A stretch of DNA of 64,000 nucleotides from an uncultured Verrucomicrobiae bacterium (GCA_963702845.1 OY969763.1:4448001-4512000); one strand, 5' to 3'. Numbered from the stretch's first letter, positions 39,879-48,688 are shown. The notes: generated by a model not told the origin, from the letters alone. A program made the numbers and translations.

Positions 39879-42383
39879 CTATGGATTCACCACCACCCGA
39901 TAATAGCTCACCCCCGCCACCGCATTCGTATCCAACAACACCATCGGCGCGCCCGTCACGCCACCTTGCGAGCCGCCAACATTTGAAAATCCCACTGCCA
40001 CCGGCGTCGCCGACCGTTGCAATTGAAAAACATGTCCCGAATAACCCGGCATCGTCACCGTCACTAAACTATTTGTGCGCACCACCGATCCGATTTGTAT
40101 CGAGCTCGCCGTCAACACCCGTCCATTCACCCCATTCACAAAACCCGCCGGCAACGTCGCGCTGCCGTTAATCAAATCCAAAATCCCATTATTCACGAAC
40201 GCCGTCGCCAGATGCGCATCCAACGTCCCGCTCCCGATAAATCGCATCGTGCCATTATTCGTGACCGCCCCCTTCAACACCATCGCGCCCGCCGTGCTCT
40301 TCGTGACCAAACCACCGGCATTCACCGTCAACGCGCCATTCAGCGTTCCACTTCCATCATACGTCCCGCTGTCCAACACCGGCCCCGCAATCGTCCCGCC
40401 ATTCAGCAACGTCGCGCCTGCACCGATCGTGACGACCGTATTCGCCAGCGACCCAGCCGCCGCAATCGACAACGTCCCGCCAAGCACCAACGTCGGCCCC
40501 GTATAAAGTTCCCCGCTCGCCAACGTTTCCGTGCCGGCGCCGACTTTTGTAAAACACAACTTTCCCGCACCATCAAACATCGCACCCGAAAAACTGCCGC
40601 TCCCGTCCCCTGAGCCGACCGTCAAAGTTGACGTCCCGCTCGAGCTATAAACCAAATTGCCGCCTGATCCATTGAACGCACCCACCGTCACCGACGCCGA
40701 ATTCAACGTCAAATACCCAACGCCACCAACCAGCAACGGCCCGTTCGGATCACCCAACGTTCCCGTGCTCGCGACCTGCAACACACCATTACTCACAATC
40801 GTCCCGCCCGTGTAAGAATTCGCGCCCGCCAGCGTCAACGTTCCCGAGCCGTTCTTCACAATCGCTGCCGGCGATCCACTCCAACCACCGATCGTTCCAT
40901 TAATCGTTTGATTCGCGGTAATATTAAAACTCGTGGTACCGCCCAGAAGAAACATATCCGTGCCACTCGTCGAACCGCCCTGCGTTGAAATCTGCGTATT
41001 CGGCCCACCGACACCCGCCGTCAAAGTCCCTTCGCTCACAAACGTGCAATCAAAAGTCGACAGCGACGCGCCATTATCCGCGCGCACAAAAATCGCTCCG
41101 CCCAGCGCCGCACCACCGCCGCCATTGCCATAATTAACATTCCCATAACCTTGCCCGGCAAAAGGTCCACCCGCAGCTCCTCCCCCACCGCCGCCGCCAC
41201 CAAACCCACCAACACCACCGCCAGCGTCACTCCCGCCACCGCCACCGCCGAACCCGCCATGTCCTCCCGATCCATAATAAAATCCAGAATACGGTGGAGC
41301 GCTTAAAACATAGATCGACCCTGAGCCGCCACCGCCAAAATCCCCGCCGTTACCGCCGGTGCGACCGCCGCCACCTCCGCCATAACGACCACCATTACCA
41401 CCCGCGCCTGACAAATTCGTATAAGTCCCGCCACCACCTCCACCGCCGCCGTAAATCGAACCGCCCACTCCATTCTTCGTAACCGCGCCGCCATTGCCAC
41501 CCGCCTTCGTTCCCGATGCATCATTGCCGCCGGGTCCGCCAGTGCTGATAAAACTCGGATTCGATCCATTCCCCCCTCCCGTGTAAGCCCCACCTCCACC
41601 ACCAGCCTCAACGGCTCCAGCGCCGCCACCGCCAAAAATTCCACCACCACCACCGCCGCAATCATCCTCTCCCGATCCACCCGCGCCGAACCAACCGCCA
41701 CCGCCGCCGCATGGTCCATGCCCGCCCGGCCCATTCAACCCACCGCCACCACCACCCACAAAATTCCCTTGCCCCGCCAGCACCACCCCGCCGCCATTGC
41801 CACCGACCGCCGAACAATTTTGAAACGACACATGATCCAATACTACCGTCCCGGCGTTCACAAAAATTCCGCCACCGAGACCAGCCCCACCGCCACCGCC
41901 ATAACTATCCACCCCACCCGCGCCGCCGATAGCTTTGCCATTCGCAATCTTCCAATACGAAATCGTCACCGCCTGGCCCGGAGCATCAATGAAGAACACA
42001 CGATTGTTCCCCTGCGCATCAATCAAACTGTCCGCTTGCGGGCTTCCCTGGAAAACCTCAATCGTCATATTCGTCGTGATCGGCGGCAACGGATACGTCA
42101 GCTTGAAACTACTCGCCCCTCCGACAAACGTATCCGAAACAATCACCGAACCGCCGTGCGCATTCGCCTGGACAATACACCACCGCAAATCCCCCGCCGC
42201 CGAACTCAACGACTGCCCAACCCCAACCGCCCCGTTATCCGTCTGCAACGCCACATTATAAACAGTCGTGGCACGCACCCTCACCGTTGCCAGTAAAACG
42301 AAAGCGAAGATCAAAAAAACTCGGAGAGACAAATTACAAGAGTCCCAAAACCAAACCAGCATGCGCGGCAGAGTAGTATTCAT
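39879..42383 (-). CDS. Glycine-rich secreted protein with autotransporter-associated beta-strand repeats
   Basis: GDLRWCIVQAN, GGGGAGLGGGIFV, long Gly-rich tract, KNGSGTLTLAGANSYTGGTIV and KVGAGTETL repeats; no C-terminal beta-barrel. Confidence 0.85.
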   Translation of the reverse strand: MNTTLPRMLVWFWDSCNLSLRVFLIFAFVLLATVRVRATTVYNVALQTDNGAVGVGQSLSSAAGDLRWCIVQANAHGGSVIVSDTFVGGASSFKLTYPLPPITTNMTIEVFQGSPQADSLIDAQGNNRVFFIDAPGQAVTISYWKIANGKAIGGAGGVDSYGGGGGAGLGGGIFVNAGTVVLDHVSFQNCSAVGGNGGGVVLAGQGNFVGGGGGGLNGPGGHGPCGGGGGWFGAGGSGEDDCGGGGGGIFGGGGAGAVEAGGGGGAYTGGGNGSNPSFISTGGPGGNDASGTKAGGNGGAVTKNGVGGSIYGGGGGGGGTYTNLSGAGGNGGRYGGGGGGRTGGNGGDFGGGGSGSIYVLSAPPYSGFYYGSGGHGGFGGGGGGSDAGGGVGGFGGGGGGGGAAGGPFAGQGYGNVNYGNGGGGAALGGAIFVRADNGASLSTFDCTFVSEGTLTAGVGGPNTQISTQGGSTSGTDMFLLGGTTSFNITANQTINGTIGGWSGSPAAIVKNGSGTLTLAGANSYTGGTIVSNGVLQVASTGTLGDPNGPLLVGGVGYLTLNSASVTVGAFNGSGGNLVYSSSGTSTLTVGSGDGSGSFSGAMFDGAGKLCFTKVGAGTETLASGELYTGPTLVLGGTLSIAAAGSLANTVVTIGAGATLLNGGTIAGPVLDSGTYDGSGTLNGALTVNAGGLVTKSTAGAMVLKGAVTNNGTMRFIGSGTLDAHLATAFVNNGILDLINGSATLPAGFVNGVNGRVLTASSIQIGSVVRTNSLVTVTMPGYSGHVFQLQRSATPVAVGFSNVGGSQGGVTGAPMVLLDTNAVAGVSYYRVVVNP

Positions 42384-42466
42384 AAACGCCGCTGTGGCGG
42401 GTAAATCGTAGAAGCGGCTGCTCCCCATCCTGTCAAACAACCCGCAGGAACACAATCTATTACAAG

Positions 42467-42733
42467 TCAGGTAGGAACGGTCGCGAGGGGCCGTCCGTCA
42501 GGCCCCATCCCGCCGTGCCACGAAAAATAAGGATCAGCCACCCCATTCGTCGTCCTCGAATGACACTTCAGACAATTCGAAACCGGAAGAAATCGATAAT
42601 CATGCTCCTTCGGCTGCGACCCCGGCAAAATGATTTCAGCGCGAGAAGCACCACCAAAGAAAAACATACCAACGCAAAACAAAACCATCCGCGTGAAGAC
42701 CAGAGATTTTTTGAAAAAGGAAAAGTTATTCAC
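42467..42733 (-). pseudogene. Truncated c-type cytochrome N-terminal fragment
   Basis: Signal peptide, PGSQP, CLKCH heme motif, SWHGGM; the ORF then runs into a GTAG REP (42471-42497) and stops. Confidence 0.6.
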
Positions 42734-42960
42734 GACTCAACTAGCACCCGATTTTGGTAACCACCTCAACAAGTAGCGAGCTTTTATCAGCCCCGATTAG
42801 CCGCCCCTTTGAAATGAAATTTGAGATCCCCGCTGAATTGAAAGATTGCACTCCGCTACGCTTGTCGTATAAAAACCACCATTAGCCACAATCTGCAATA
42901 TTTTGCATGTTCGCATTTGACGGCAAATCTGCTGGTTTGCATTGCGGTTCGCACGTCCTT

Positions 42961-43557
42961 ATGAATTCCATCGACCCGGGAGCATCGAGTCGAGGAAACC
43001 ATTCTGGTACCGTGGTCGTTCTGGCTAGTGGAGGGATCGATTCAACGGCATGCATCTGGTTTTACCTCTCCCGGGGCTCCAGCGTGGAAGCGCTGTTTAT
43101 CGACTATGGGCAGCGGTCTGCCAAGAAGGAGGAAGAGGCGGTCCGCAATGTGGCCGCGCATTTTCAAATCAAACTTCGAGTTTTTCGATGTCAGCTCGGC
43201 GAATTCGGTCCAGGATTGGTTCTTGGCCGGAACGGCTTTTTCCTGAACTTAGCCTTGGTCGCGATGGGAACGAGTTTCGCAATTATTGCGATAGGTGTTC
43301 ACGCAGGGACCTCTTACTTCGATTGTTCTCAGACCTTCGTTCGAGAGATGCAGAAGCTTTTCGATTTACAAACTGATGGTTTGGTGCAAATCGGAACGCC
43401 TTTCATAGATTGGGAAAAGCCTGCAATTTTGCACTATTGCTTAGTCAATGGGCTACCTGTTGATCTGACGTACAGTTGCGAAAATGGGCAAATTCAGCCG
43501 TGCGATTGTTGCTTGTCCTGTAACGATCTCAAAAACTTTTATGCAATGGCTAGGTAG
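42961..43557 (+). CDS. cap9: QueC-like (7-cyano-7-deazaguanine synthase family) protein; type IV CBASS Cap9
   Basis: PP-loop VLASGGIDST, FIDYGQ, GRN, DCS, Zn site TYSC..PCDCCLSC; operonic with TGT-like and CD-NTase genes. Confidence 0.85.
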   Translation: MNSIDPGASSRGNHSGTVVVLASGGIDSTACIWFYLSRGSSVEALFIDYGQRSAKKEEEAVRNVAAHFQIKLRVFRCQLGEFGPGLVLGRNGFFLNLALVAMGTSFAIIAIGVHAGTSYFDCSQTFVREMQKLFDLQTDGLVQIGTPFIDWEKPAILHYCLVNGLPVDLTYSCENGQIQPCDCCLSCNDLKNFYAMAR

Positions 43558-44581
43558 ATCTACAACAATTGTTCACCCTTTGGGCGGCAAATGTAAAACG
43601 CCGTTGCTAGTTCCGTCTTTCTCTAGCAGAGGCTTTGCGATGAAGAAGGGGCTATATTCTGTTCGGCAATTAGTGGAACTCGCCGCACCAGAACTGCACG
43701 AGAGCGTCCTGATAAGCGCCTATGACATAGGAAAAAAGTATTTCCCACCGATGTCAAAGGTCCCGCTAAATGTCGAGCTTTCGTTCGTGGATAGCGGTGG
43801 CTACGAAACTGGGGGCGACACTGACCTTTCATCCGTTCGTAATGATCCAGTGTTAGACCGACAGTGGAACGCGGAAAAACTTAAGACCGTATACGACCAT
43901 TGGCCTGCAAAAAAACCAGCAGTTTTCGTAAACTTTGATCACGCGAGCAAACGGAAGCGCATCTCACAACAAATAAAATCTGCTCGCCTCCTTTTTGATA
44001 ATTATCCGAAACAATTACATTGTTTTCTCATAAAGCCGGAGACACGAAGCCAAATCTACCTCGGGCCAACTCTGCAACACGTCCGCAAAAATGTCGAAGA
44101 ACTGCAAGGCTTTGCGATTATCGGCATGACAGAAAAAGAACTTGGTGATTCATTTCTTGAACGGATGAAAAACATCTCTGAACTGAGGCTCGCAATGGAT
44201 GCCAAGCAAGTGACCGCTCCTATTCATGTCTTCGGTTCGCTAGATCCTCTGTCTTCAAGCCTGTATTTCTTGGCGGGAGCCGAGATATTCGATGGATTGA
44301 CCTGGTTGCGCTATGCTTACAGTCAAGGCGCTTGTGTGTATCGCCATAATTATTCTGCGATGGTGCACGATTTAGAATTAAAGGATGCAGCATTCATCGG
44401 AAAGCTCCTCGGGCACAATTTATCCGAACTCAGAAAGCTTCAGGGTGCAATGCGGCTTTCAGCACTCGAAAAGAATTTTGATGGCTTTTTGATGAAGGGG
44501 GAATCCTGGACTGCGTCATTTGCCGCTAAACTCACTGATGCCTATAATTCACTTCGCGGTGCATTGGAGGGGAGGATCTAA
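43541..44581 (+). CDS. cap10: TGT (tRNA-guanine transglycosylase)-like TIM-barrel protein; type IV CBASS Cap10
   Basis: TPLLVPSFSS, FVDSGGYE (TGT DSGG motif), PIHVFG, GAEIFDG; overlaps Cap9 stop and CD-NTase start. Confidence 0.8.
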   Translation: MQWLGRSTTIVHPLGGKCKTPLLVPSFSSRGFAMKKGLYSVRQLVELAAPELHESVLISAYDIGKKYFPPMSKVPLNVELSFVDSGGYETGGDTDLSSVRNDPVLDRQWNAEKLKTVYDHWPAKKPAVFVNFDHASKRKRISQQIKSARLLFDNYPKQLHCFLIKPETRSQIYLGPTLQHVRKNVEELQGFAIIGMTEKELGDSFLERMKNISELRLAMDAKQVTAPIHVFGSLDPLSSSLYFLAGAEIFDGLTWLRYAYSQGACVYRHNYSAMVHDLELKDAAFIGKLLGHNLSELRKLQGAMRLSALEKNFDGFLMKGESWTASFAAKLTDAYNSLRGALEGRI

Positions 44582-45519
44582 TGGGTGGCTCAAGTTCAGG
44601 TTCGTCGTCTTCGTACAATTTCAACTCCGCAGCTGCGCGGAAAGACATGCGCCAAGAGCTGGGGAAGCTTCAAGACGACTTGGAGCGTCAGAAGTTTGAT
44701 GTGGAAGTCGCTGAGGTCATATCCGAATCGCTCAGCGAAATGAACTCCCGAGATGTAGAAGCCAACAACCGCACGTTAAACGCGATAAAAGCGGCACTAG
44801 AAAAAGAAATTGATGGATCAATAGATTTGATGTTCGGCGGTTCGGTTAAAAAGCACACTTATGTGGATGGCCTGAGCGACATCGATACGTTGGTAATACT
44901 GAATAAATCGGACCTTGCGCAAAAGACGCCAGATGAAGTGCGGGCTTACTTTGCCGAACGGCTTACCGAACGCTTTCCTGACGCTACCGTGCTCACCGGA
45001 CGATTGGCGGTTACTGTTAGATTTAACAACACTGAAATTCAATTGTTGCCCGCACTGAAACATGACAATGCGCTGAAGATTCCAAAAGCTGATGGTGATG
45101 GCTGGTCTAGAATAAAGCCAAAGGAGTTCACCGCCGCCCTTACGGCGGTGAACCAAGCATTGGGTGGCAAATTGGTTCCAACTATAAAATTGGCGAAATC
45201 AGTCATTGCTGACTTACCAAAAGAGCAGCGATTGAGCGGCTATCACATTGAGGCGCTTGCGATTCAGATTTTCCGTGGCTATAGCGGAACTCGCACGACC
45301 AAGAATCTCATAACAGAATTTTTTGCAAAGGCATCGGAACATCTAAGACAGCCAATCGCAGATCGAACGGGCCAATCCACATACGTCGACGAATACCTTG
45401 GCCGTGCAGACAGTAACAAACGGCAACAGTTCGGCCAGTTGATGGATCGTATAGCCGTAAGGATGGCCAACGCAGATCGAGACAAATCCCTAAGCCAATG
45501 GACCGACATTCTGAAATGA
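44581..45519 (+). CDS. cGAS/DncV-like nucleotidyltransferase (CD-NTase, SMODS)
   Basis: FGGSVKKHTYVDGLSDIDTLVIL (hGS...DhD), AVTVRF, LVPTIKLAK, LSGYHIE, IADRTG; GGAGG RBS and TAATG coupling. Confidence 0.88.
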   Translation: MGGSSSGSSSSYNFNSAAARKDMRQELGKLQDDLERQKFDVEVAEVISESLSEMNSRDVEANNRTLNAIKAALEKEIDGSIDLMFGGSVKKHTYVDGLSDIDTLVILNKSDLAQKTPDEVRAYFAERLTERFPDATVLTGRLAVTVRFNNTEIQLLPALKHDNALKIPKADGDGWSRIKPKEFTAALTAVNQALGGKLVPTIKLAKSVIADLPKEQRLSGYHIEALAIQIFRGYSGTRTTKNLITEFFAKASEHLRQPIADRTGQSTYVDEYLGRADSNKRQQFGQLMDRIAVRMANADRDKSLSQWTDILK

Positions 45520-45538
45520 TTTTCGCTTGCACTGCTCT

Positions 45539-46252
45539 ATGAAGAAATCTTTATGGGCAGATTTCTGCTTCCGCTCAAAACTCGCATGCGCATATACAGT
45601 TGCGAAAAGACATGTTTTGCACGCGGGATTTCATGATGAAATCGAATGGCAAGCCAAAAGAGATTTGTCAGACGTTTCCGAAGAGAGTTTTTTGCGAGAA
45701 GCAGCGTGGGTAATCTTCTCGAGCGGCATGAGGGAGTCTGTGATTAGAAGACACTTTGCCGACATTGGTGAGGCATATTTTAAGTTCCGCTCAGCCTCGT
45801 TAATTGAATCTAATCGCAAACGATGCAGGCTTCGAGCTTTGGAGTGCTTCAATCATCGCGGGAAGGTGAATGCTGTTTTGGATGTGGCAAGGCACGTGGC
45901 AGATGTGGGTTTTACACAAGTAGTAGATCGGTTAAAACGTGAGCCTATTGAATACTTATCTCAATTCTCATACTTGGGGCCGGCAACCGCTCGTCATCTC
46001 GCCAAGAATTTAGGCATGAAGATTGCAAAGCCTGATCGCCACCTTCAGCGCGTTTCCTCGCTTTTCGGCTACACGTCACCCGATCAGATGTGTTCGGCGA
46101 TAGCCTCTATCGTACGCGAGGATGTTTCAGTTATCGACCTAGTGATTTGGAGGTTCGCAACACTCGATAAGAATTATCTCGATTTTTTTGGACTGGTGTT
46201 CTCGAACACGAGGATATCAGAACTTTCGAAGTCCCGCACATATGAAACTTAG
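45539..46252 (+). CDS. cap11: HhH N-glycosylase/DNA lyase (OGG-like); type IV CBASS Cap11
   Basis: FLREAAWVIFSSG, HhH FSYLGPATARHLAKNLG, KPDRHL, DLVIWR. Confidence 0.75.
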   Translation: MKKSLWADFCFRSKLACAYTVAKRHVLHAGFHDEIEWQAKRDLSDVSEESFLREAAWVIFSSGMRESVIRRHFADIGEAYFKFRSASLIESNRKRCRLRALECFNHRGKVNAVLDVARHVADVGFTQVVDRLKREPIEYLSQFSYLGPATARHLAKNLGMKIAKPDRHLQRVSSLFGYTSPDQMCSAIASIVREDVSVIDLVIWRFATLDKNYLDFFGLVFSNTRISELSKSRTYET

Positions 46253-47408
46253 TGGGCGCAGAATCCATATTGCAGGCAGTGCAGATGTTGAGGCAGATCC
46301 GACTAAACTGCGATACGTGCATTCTTTGATCGCGCAGTTGACGATGAGTTTGGCAAAAGAGGGCGCAACTTTTGTAATTTCATTTACGAAGGAACCGTAT
46401 CTCAAGGATCGTAACGAGGGGCCGTCGATTTTATACGATTGGACAGTAGCGGAAAAACTCCACGAGATGTTGATGGAAGGTACGGTTAATCCATCTGGAC
46501 CAAATGGTCGTCTAATTTTCACTCTTGCGACCATAAAGACGGATGCCAACATCCCACCCCATCGTCGAGTTTTGTACGATCAGCTTCGCGACAAATCCGC
46601 GGTCCATATGGAACTCCTGAACCCCGGTTGGACGGCAGGAGCAATTCAAAGGCAGCGGCAGGCCCAACTAGGCGATATTTTTATTGGAATCAGCGGAGGC
46701 CAAGGGGTTGAGCAGTTGGCGCTTGAATATTCGACAAAAGGCAAGCCGGTTATTCCCCTTGATATCCAAGTCGGTTCGTCTCAGAGGGATGGGTCTGGAG
46801 GAGCTGGTCGGCTTTTTGATCGTGCACTGGCAAATCCGTCCGACTTCTTACGGGTTAAAGATGGCGCATCTCCTGCTGAATTACTTGATCGGACCAGGAC
46901 ACGAGATGGTGAAACACCTATAGAAAAGGTTGTTTCGTCAACGATGAACCTTTTGCACAATTTGGCAGATCCTCGGGTCTTTTATGTGAGACTGCTCAAT
47001 GATTCTGTTTCTGAGTATGCGTCAGTAGAGGTGTTCTTCCGGCAGACGGTTGACAAGCTAGTCACCGAATTGGGATATGAATACCTCCAGATGGGAATCG
47101 GAAAAAACGAATTTGCATGGATGAATGAAGCTATTTTCGATTCTTTGCACCATAGCTCTGTGGCGCTTGTCGATCTTACCGCCCTCCGCCCCAATTGCTT
47201 TATGGAGTTAGGCTATGCTTTGGGCAACATGCAACGCGTTATCGTCACCGCACGCGCAGACACGCGCATTTCGTTCGACGCTTTTGCTCTTGAAGCGTTC
47301 CAGTGGACCGAAAATGAGGATCCAATGACGCAATTGGATCGACTGCGAAGTCATTGGATACGCAACATCAACATGCCGCGGCTGGTGCGGCCAAAGGAAG
47401 CGAAATGA
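46242..47408 (+). CDS. Putative CBASS effector: SLOG-like (Cap17-N/TPALS-like) domain fused to a nucleoside 2-deoxyribosyltransferase/TIR-like domain
   Basis: N-terminal RRIHIAGSA, R.RQAQLGDIFIGISGGQGVE, GKPVIPLD (SLOG/LOG-like); C-terminal VDLTALRPNCFMELGYALG..RVIV. Confidence 0.7.
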   Translation: MKLSGRRIHIAGSADVEADPTKLRYVHSLIAQLTMSLAKEGATFVISFTKEPYLKDRNEGPSILYDWTVAEKLHEMLMEGTVNPSGPNGRLIFTLATIKTDANIPPHRRVLYDQLRDKSAVHMELLNPGWTAGAIQRQRQAQLGDIFIGISGGQGVEQLALEYSTKGKPVIPLDIQVGSSQRDGSGGAGRLFDRALANPSDFLRVKDGASPAELLDRTRTRDGETPIEKVVSSTMNLLHNLADPRVFYVRLLNDSVSEYASVEVFFRQTVDKLVTELGYEYLQMGIGKNEFAWMNEAIFDSLHHSSVALVDLTALRPNCFMELGYALGNMQRVIVTARADTRISFDAFALEAFQWTENEDPMTQLDRLRSHWIRNINMPRLVRPKEAK

Positions 47409-47950
47409 AGAGCGAAGCATATTTTTCTGTGGATGTCGAATCGGCAGGCCCAATTCCGGGAATGTACAGCATGCTATCGCTCGGTGCCTGCCTTGTTGAA
47501 GATTATGGGCAAACTTTTTACGTAGAGTTTAAGCCAATTACAAAGAGCTTTATTCCAGCCGCGCTGGACGTATCAGGCTTAGATTTGGACACCTTAGAAC
47601 GTACGGGGGTACCGCCCGATGTTGCCATGAAAAACTTTGGCGAATGGATTCTAAAATCAGCTGGCGAACGCACTCCAGTCTTCGTCGGCTTTAACGGCTG
47701 TTACGATTGGCAGTTTGTTAACTGGTACTTCCATTCATTTACAAACCACAATCCCTTCGGTTTTGGAGGGATTGACATAAAATCTTACTTTATGGGTTTG
47801 AGCGGGCGGGAATGGTCGCAAACCACATCGAGCCAGTTGCCCGAACAATTTCATCCCGATGTTGCTCAGACCCATAACGCACTCGATGATGCGCGAGCTC
47901 AGGCATCGATTTTCCGAAAGATGCTGAAAGAGCACAGCGGGCGCCCTTGA
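47405..47950 (+). CDS. DEDDh 3'-5' exonuclease, Cap18-like
   Basis: ExoI SVDVESAGPIPG.YSMLSLGAC, ExoII FNGCYDW, ExoIII HNALDDA; ATGA-coupled to the effector. Confidence 0.85.
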   Translation: MKSEAYFSVDVESAGPIPGMYSMLSLGACLVEDYGQTFYVEFKPITKSFIPAALDVSGLDLDTLERTGVPPDVAMKNFGEWILKSAGERTPVFVGFNGCYDWQFVNWYFHSFTNHNPFGFGGIDIKSYFMGLSGREWSQTTSSQLPEQFHPDVAQTHNALDDARAQASIFRKMLKEHSGRP

Positions 47951-48017
47951 AACTTTTAGTCGTAAGTAGAAAAGTCAGCTCACAGTTGTCGGCTCATCAG
48001 AAAGCTCTCTTCGCCGC

Positions 48018-48152
48018 CTATAAAACCAAATCAGCAGCAGCATTGTCTTCAACATGAGCAGGGTTCTTACAGCCTGGAATGACTGCGGACACGGTCTGAT
48101 TCTTTAGGCACCAAGCCAAAGCCCATTGACTCAATTTGACACCTTCGGGAAT
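48018..48152 (-). pseudogene. Orphan duplicate of the 3' end of the aldo/keto reductase gene
   Basis: Encodes IPEGVKLSQWALAWCLKNQTVSAVIPGCKNPAHVEDNAAADLVL*, nearly identical to the C-terminus encoded at about 57700-57837. Confidence 0.9.
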
Positions 48153-48688
48153 GCGAAGCCTTCGTGGCAACGCATGCAAATGCGATCGCCACCGCCCAAC
48201 CCGAGATCCCCAACCAACTCAACGACCGCGCCGCCGACATCTGGGAACCGCTTCTCGTCCTGGCCGACATCGCTGGCGGCGACTGGCCACAAAAAGCGCG
48301 CACCGCCGCCATCGCCCTCAGCACTCGCGGCAATGAATCCAACCCCATCGGCGCACTCTTCCTGGACATCCTCCTTTGTTATACTGCAAACAACACCGAC
48401 CGCCTCCACACCCGCGACATCCTTGATTATCTTCAGCACAGAGGCATGCGACCATGGAACGAAACGTTAAAAAAACCGATCAACGACCTCTGGCTCGCCC
48501 AACAACTCCGACCGTACGGCATCCGTCCGCGCAGCACCCGCATCGCCGGCGTTCAGGCCAAGGGTTACTACGAGAGCGACATGCTCGACGCGTTCCGCCG
48601 CTACGTTCCAGAAAGCGAAATCAACCGCGTCCAGGAAGAAATCGCAAACAATGAAGAAGAGCCCGAAAATAAATCCGCCGCTGCTTAA
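48153..48688 (+). pseudogene. DUF3631-domain fragment (C-terminal part of a phage/plasmid replication protein)
   Basis: LNDRAADIWEPLL.LADIAGGDWP..AR.AA, LAQQLRPYGIRP, AKGY, DAFRRY; no convincing N-terminus. Confidence 0.75.

Noticed and set aside
42961..44581. Housekeeping queC/tgt for queuosine, a Dpd DNA-modification cluster, or QatABCD
   Set aside because: Both proteins are divergent and coupled to a CD-NTase; no dpdB-K, queD/E/F, QatA ATPase or TatD genes are adjacent
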